Both the position numbers and the translations under genes were made by a program. Below the pieces are notes generated by a model. The model was given only the letters and a program-made list of their open reading frames with translations. It did no database searches and was not told the origin of the DNA. Positions 59,606 through 64,000 of a stretch of 64,000 bases of DNA are shown here, one piece after another. Origin of the DNA: an uncultured bacterium. Lineage in GTDB: Bacteria > Acidobacteriota > Thermoanaerobaculia > Multivoradales > JAHZIX01. Positions within the stretch are counted from its first letter, which is position 1. Each line of letters starts with the position of its first letter. Where the stretch lies: contig CBDUPA010000002.1 in the NCBI GenBank assembly GCA_965368975.1, forward strand, positions 96,001 to 160,000, given 5' to 3'.

Positions 59606-60460
59606 ATGAGATTCGCTGACCTGTCGTTCCTGCTGGTATGCCTCGTGCTGACCGTTGCGTGCGGAGGTGGAGACACTCCCGACGCCGCGTCGACGACCCC
59701 CGCCGACTCGGGAACCGAAGCTGCTTCGACCGATGAAGCGCCAGAAAAGCTCTGCGTCGACATGGGGCCGCAGACGCCGCGTGACATTTCCAACCCGGCT
59801 GGCACCAACGCCGTCACCTTCCCCGTCGCGCCGGCCGCGACGGAGATGAACCTGTGCAACATCCACACACACACCAACGCTGAGCACAAGGGTCCTGGCT
59901 TCAGTGTCTTCGTCAACGACACCGATTCCGGTGGCTATGCCTGCAACGAGACGGCCGGCCTCACCGAAGCCGAGCTGGCCGAGGCGCCGGGCGCCTACCA
60001 AGGCGTGAAGCCGGGGGACACGATCGAGGTGCACTGGGTACACACGACCTGCGACGCCACTCCGGGTGAAGGCCTCGGCGCCTGCGTGCCCGAAGGCTGC
60101 ACCGATCCGCTGCTGCGCGTCGAGACCCAGGTCTTCCTGGTCGTCAACGACCCGAACGCGCTCGACTTCACCACCATGGCCTATGGCGGCAACGTGGTGA
60201 ACGGTCTGCACCAAGCCAAGATGATCCCCTCCGATACCGGCACTCCGGTCCAGTTCCTCGGCTCTACGACGGGGCCGAAGTTCAATCAGTCGGAGTGTTC
60301 GCCGGCGCAGGTGACCTGGAACGTGCGTCCGCAGTGCGCCAAGTTGGACATCGCGTCGCTGCACCGCTGGGCCGAGAGCGAGAACGTCTTCGAAGAGACC
60401 AAGTCCCACGGCGTGCGTCAGTTGGTGACTGCTCCGGAGCTGCTGTCGCCGATCCAGTGA
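59606..60460 (+). CDS. Delta-class carbonic anhydrase-like lipoprotein
   Basis: Lipobox LTVAC, GPQTPRDI, MNLCNIHTHTNAEHK, IEVHWVHTTC, GSTTGP, CSP.QVTW, HGVR. AAAGGA RBS. Confidence 0.82.
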   Translation: MRFADLSFLLVCLVLTVACGGGDTPDAASTTPADSGTEAASTDEAPEKLCVDMGPQTPRDISNPAGTNAVTFPVAPAATEMNLCNIHTHTNAEHKGPGFSVFVNDTDSGGYACNETAGLTEAELAEAPGAYQGVKPGDTIEVHWVHTTCDATPGEGLGACVPEGCTDPLLRVETQVFLVVNDPNALDFTTMAYGGNVVNGLHQAKMIPSDTGTPVQFLGSTTGPKFNQSECSPAQVTWNVRPQCAKLDIASLHRWAESENVFEETKSHGVRQLVTAPELLSPIQ

Positions 60461-60536
60461 CATCGACCTGATCCGCGCCTTGCTGCACGGCCTCGCCTTC
60501 GGGCGGGGTCGTTGCTTTCGGGGAGGGGCCTCAGGT

Positions 60537-61763
60537 CTAGAGTCTAGACCGGTGCAGCACTTCCCCAAGCTCCTTCCGACTCCTCGCGCTCACTCCGGCC
60601 TCCCTGGACACATCGTCCCAGACAGCCACCGCCGAGGCGACGGCTTCGAAGATCGCCTCGGCCTCGTCTCGCGTCACGCCCGCCGGCCCCGCCAGCCGTA
60701 GCAAGTGCTCACGGCCCGGGGCGCGCCCTTCGTCGGCCACGGTCGTGCTGTGCTCCCCGCCGGGACCGTGGGAGAACACGAGATCGTAGGCTGGCGCCAG
60801 CCGCCACTCGCCGCTCTCCGTCATCAGGAAGGCGAAGTTCTTGACGTGATCGTCCCGATTGTGCGCCAGGACGTTGAAGGTCATGCGGCGATACACTTCC
60901 AACACGTCCTGGTGGTTGCGAGTCAGGACGCGGGTCACCTCCAGCAGCTGCCGGTAGTCACAGCTGGGCAGGCGGAAGTTGGCGTGGATCAGGTTGCCGA
61001 AGGTGTGGACGTGTACGCGCTGATTGCCGCGACGGTCGAAGCGCTCGACGCCGAAATAGCGACCTCCCTGCGCCGTTTCGAACAGGCGCGTCGCTGGCAT
61101 CTGGATACCAGCCTGACGCGCCAGCCGCGAGTAGGCCAGCTCGATCGGCCCGATGTCCGCCGGGTCTTGCTGTGAGCCGAACTTGACCATCCACGCGGCA
61201 TAGCCGGACGGCAATTCGCTCTCGCCGCTCAGGATCGAGTCCCCACGCAGTCCGATCAACACCTTGGGCCGCGCGCCACCGGGACTGCCACCGGCTCGTA
61301 GCAACTGCGGCAGCACGTCCGGAGCGCTGCCGTCGAGCACCTGTTCGGACGCGGTCGCCATCTCGTGCAGGTCGAGCAGCTGTGCATCGCGATCTGCGGG
61401 ATCGGACGGCGGATGATAGGTCAACGCGCCCATGGTGCGGGTGCCCAGAAAGGCCAGGCGATCGAGCACGGAGACCTCGGCGAGCACCGAGCCGCGCTGG
61501 CGCAGGAAGCGGTCCATCAGCAGCAGGCCCCAGGCGTCGGGTAGGGAGTCGTCGAACAGTCCGAAGATGGGGCCGAAGTCGACGTCCCGGTGCTCGACAA
61601 CTCCGGGCTGCGGTGGCAGCTTGAAGGGCGAGAGCCACAGGGGATCGCGCAGGAAAGCGGGATCGTATTCAAAGACGACGCGGCCTCGGCTCGGCAGCGC
61701 CAGCTGACCGATGACGCGCTCGACCCTAGATCGCCAGGTCAAGCGGACCTGCAGCTTCTTCAT
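60537..61763 (-). CDS. hipA: HipA family kinase toxin
   Basis: FEYD..LSPF, DSLPDAWG, SPGGARPK, ERFDR, NRDDHVKNFAFL, LAPAYD. Confidence 0.93.
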   Translation of the reverse strand: MKKLQVRLTWRSRVERVIGQLALPSRGRVVFEYDPAFLRDPLWLSPFKLPPQPGVVEHRDVDFGPIFGLFDDSLPDAWGLLLMDRFLRQRGSVLAEVSVLDRLAFLGTRTMGALTYHPPSDPADRDAQLLDLHEMATASEQVLDGSAPDVLPQLLRAGGSPGGARPKVLIGLRGDSILSGESELPSGYAAWMVKFGSQQDPADIGPIELAYSRLARQAGIQMPATRLFETAQGGRYFGVERFDRRGNQRVHVHTFGNLIHANFRLPSCDYRQLLEVTRVLTRNHQDVLEVYRRMTFNVLAHNRDDHVKNFAFLMTESGEWRLAPAYDLVFSHGPGGEHSTTVADEGRAPGREHLLRLAGPAGVTRDEAEAIFEAVASAVAVWDDVSREAGVSARSRKELGEVLHRSRL

Positions 61764-61773
61764 GGGGGCTTTT

Positions 61774-62079
61774 TCATAGGTGGCCACGCTGACGCTTCGG
61801 TTGCTCGTCACGCGCTTCCAGCTCAGCAATCGAGGACGCCGGAGGTGGCTCGAACAGGCGATCGAAGTCGTCGAGGCGGCCGAGGGCGAAAGCCAGCTTG
61901 AGCAGGTTCTGCAGCGACACCTTGCCGCTCTCCTCGAAGCGCCGCAGCGACCCCAGGCTGACGCCCGAGCGCTGCGCCAGCGTCACGCGACGCCACCCGC
62001 GCGACAGGCGTAGTCGTTTGAGGCGCTCGGCGAGCGTCGTGCTGATCTCTTCCGGGGTGTGTAGGGCGTAGGGTCGCAT
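61774..62079 (-). CDS. hipB: HipB-like XRE HTH antitoxin
   Basis: LAERLKRLRL..LAQRSGVSLGSLRRFEESG..LLKLAFALG, directly upstream of hipA. Confidence 0.85.
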   Translation of the reverse strand: MRPYALHTPEEISTTLAERLKRLRLSRGWRRVTLAQRSGVSLGSLRRFEESGKVSLQNLLKLAFALGRLDDFDRLFEPPPASSIAELEARDEQPKRQRGHL

Positions 62080-62212
62080 GACGGGTTGGTGTCTCCGGAT
62101 ACCGAACCCAGTGTATCGAAACCCCCACATAAACGCCAATATATGAGCTCTACATGCGATATAGATCGATAAACGTCTACATATTAACTGTTACAGCCTG
62201 ACTTCCATCGAG

Positions 62213-62944
62213 CTATAGCGTGATCCCCATCAGTCGACGCCAGTCGTCCAGCGACTTGATCTTCATGTAGGTGTTCTGCTTCAGCTCGTCGCCGATCGTC
62301 GATGTCGGTGACGGACCGTAGTTGTGGCCGGGATAGAGCACTGTATCCTCCGGCAACTTGGCCAGCTTGCCGGTGAGGGAGTGGTACATCGCCTCGGGAT
62401 CGCCACCGGGTAGATCGACCCTGCCGCAGCCCTGGACGAAGAGGGTGTCTCCGGCGACGAGACGGTTGTCGATCAGGAAGCATTGGCTGCCAGGGGTGTG
62501 GCCAGGCGTGTGGACGAAGCGGATCTGCAAGTCGCCGAGGTCCAGAGTGTCGCTGTCGTCGACCTTGCGCAAGTCGCTGTCCGAGACGCCGGTGACCTTC
62601 TTCAGTCCTTCGGCCTCGTGCTTGTTGACATAGAGGGGGACGCCCTTGCGTTCCAGCAGGGCTGCGGCGCCTTCGATCTTGAGACCGAAGAGGTCGCCGC
62701 CAACGTGGTCAGGGTGGTAGTGGGTGATCAGGGCGCCGGTGACTTCGTAGTCGTCGGTTTCGGCGAGGTCGAGCAGGCCGCCGACGTCCCAGGCAGGATC
62801 GACGACGACGGCTTGGCGTGTCTCGGGATCCCCGATCAGATACATGAAGTTGGCCATCTGGCCAGCCACCGGATGGCGCTGTGCGAGTTCGCGGCCGGAG
62901 AGCAGTTGACGGAAGTAGATGTCACGCTGGGTAGTGTCGCTCAT
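62213..62944 (-). CDS. MBL-fold hydrolase (glyoxalase II-like)
   Basis: NFMYLIGD, VVDPAWD, THYHPDH, HTPGHTPGS, GDTLF..GCGR, YPGHNY. Confidence 0.92.
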   Translation of the reverse strand: MSDTTQRDIYFRQLLSGRELAQRHPVAGQMANFMYLIGDPETRQAVVVDPAWDVGGLLDLAETDDYEVTGALITHYHPDHVGGDLFGLKIEGAAALLERKGVPLYVNKHEAEGLKKVTGVSDSDLRKVDDSDTLDLGDLQIRFVHTPGHTPGSQCFLIDNRLVAGDTLFVQGCGRVDLPGGDPEAMYHSLTGKLAKLPEDTVLYPGHNYGPSPTSTIGDELKQNTYMKIKSLDDWRRLMGITL

Positions 62945-62981
62945 GGCTCTATTGTGTGCCGTCACCCCCATCGGACGCCAG

Positions 62982-64000
62982 TTAGGAAGCTTGGGTGGTC
63001 CCCTGTGGCGCGACCTCTAGTCCTCTCGGCCGCAGGGTTCTCTCGAGCAGCGCCAGCAGGCCATCGACCGCCAGGGCGAGCAGGGCAGCGGGGAGAGCGC
63101 CCGCCAGGATGCGACGTTCGTCGACCAGCTGCAAGCCGGTGACGATCGGCTCGCCGAGGCCACCGGCACCGATGAAAGCGGCCAGCGTGGCGGTGCCGAC
63201 GGTGAGCACGGCGGCGGTGCGCACGCCAGCGAGGATGACGGGGGCTGCCAGAGGCAGGCGGACTTGCCGCAAGACCTGACCACCGGTCATGCCCAGGGCC
63301 GTGGCGGCCTCGACCGCACGCGGGTTGGCGTCACGAACGCCGGAGTAGGTGTTGCGCAGGATGGGAAAGAGAGAGTAGATCCACAGCGCCACGAGGGCAG
63401 GCAGAGTGCCGATGCCAAAGAGCGGAATCATGAAGGCGAGCAGGGCGATGGAGGGCACCGTCTGGGTGATGCCGACCGCGCGAATCACCGACTCCGCCCA
63501 GCCGCGTCGACGCTCCAGCCACAGACCGAGTGGGATGGCGAGCGCGGCGCCGAGGAGCAGGGCGGCGGCGCACAATCCCACGTGCTCGAGCGTGCGCTGA
63601 CCGAGGGCGGCGCGTTCTTGCCACAGGAAGCGCCAAAAGCCCGCTCGCCCGGTGGTACCCGAATTCGACGGCGCGGTATCGCTAGCCGTGTCGACCAGAC
63701 CCAGGTCGCGCAGGGCGTCGCGAGCGACGTTCGCTTCGCTGTCACCATCGACCTGCAAGCGCCGGTTGAGAGCGCGCAGGGTCTCTTCGTCCAGGGTATC
63801 GGCGAGCAGGGAGAGCACCACGGCGATTTCGGGGTGGCGTTGCAGTGCCGCGCCGGAGACGAGCGGCGCCGCCTGGTAGGGCGGGAAAAAGCCACGGTCA
63901 TCGTCGAGCACGACCAGGTCGTGCACCAGCAGGCGACCATCGGTGGTGTAGACGTCGAGCACGTCGATCTCACCATCGCCAGCAGCCTGGTATTTGAGAG
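62982..64000 (-). CDS. Osmoprotectant (glycine betaine/choline) ABC transporter, fused substrate-binding/permease (5' part outside window)
   Basis: DVYTTDG..LDDDRGFFPPY, QTVPSIALL, EAATALGMT, LAAFIGAGGLG. Confidence 0.9.
   Translation of the reverse strand, partial: LKYQAAGDGEIDVLDVYTTDGRLLVHDLVVLDDDRGFFPPYQAAPLVSGAALQRHPEIAVVLSLLADTLDEETLRALNRRLQVDGDSEANVARDALRDLGLVDTASDTAPSNSGTTGRAGFWRFLWQERAALGQRTLEHVGLCAAALLLGAALAIPLGLWLERRRGWAESVIRAVGITQTVPSIALLAFMIPLFGIGTLPALVALWIYSLFPILRNTYSGVRDANPRAVEAATALGMTGGQVLRQVRLPLAAPVILAGVRTAAVLTVGTATLAAFIGAGGLGEPIVTGLQLVDERRILAGALPAALLALAVDGLLALLERTLRPRGLEVAPQGTTQAS

Noticed and set aside
56274-62190. Prophage, integron or IS element
   Set aside because: No integrase, transposase, attC-like repeats, terminal inverted repeats or phage genes are visible.

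Overview
GC-rich bacterial chromosomal segment, most likely Acidobacteriota (Thermoanaerobaculia-like). This assignment is inferred from an orphan duplicated (ADOP-type) ABC permease, carboxypeptidase-regulatory/TPR proteins and a PKD protein with an 'FxDGFESGDxxAWS'-like tail. The left part holds housekeeping and envelope genes: bcp peroxiredoxin, topA, a TonB receptor, SPFH plus a small RHH gene missed by the ORF track, ArsR, an MBL hydrolase and ggt. Next come an ECF sigma/Ser-Thr kinase module with two small orphan genes, a vapBC cassette between 18-bp direct repeats, and a MalT-like regulator/arylsulfatase/FGE operon. The main accessory feature is a ~19-kb minus-strand run (35.6-54.7 kb). 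It encodes five exported FG-GAP/ASPIC-UnbV (CRTAC1-like) proteins, a TPR protein, a membrane protein with four TM histidines plus five CxxCH motifs plus TPRs, a cupredoxin-like protein, and a sensor-HAMP-pseudocyclase-Ser/Thr kinase; a nitrilase lies divergent from it. The right end is a toxin-antitoxin-rich hotspot (hicB remnant, Fic, ATPase remnant, hipBA) that also encodes a lipoprotein delta-class carbonic anhydrase. I saw no rRNA, tRNA, CRISPR array, integrase or transposase. All family calls come from motif recognition by eye, not database searches.
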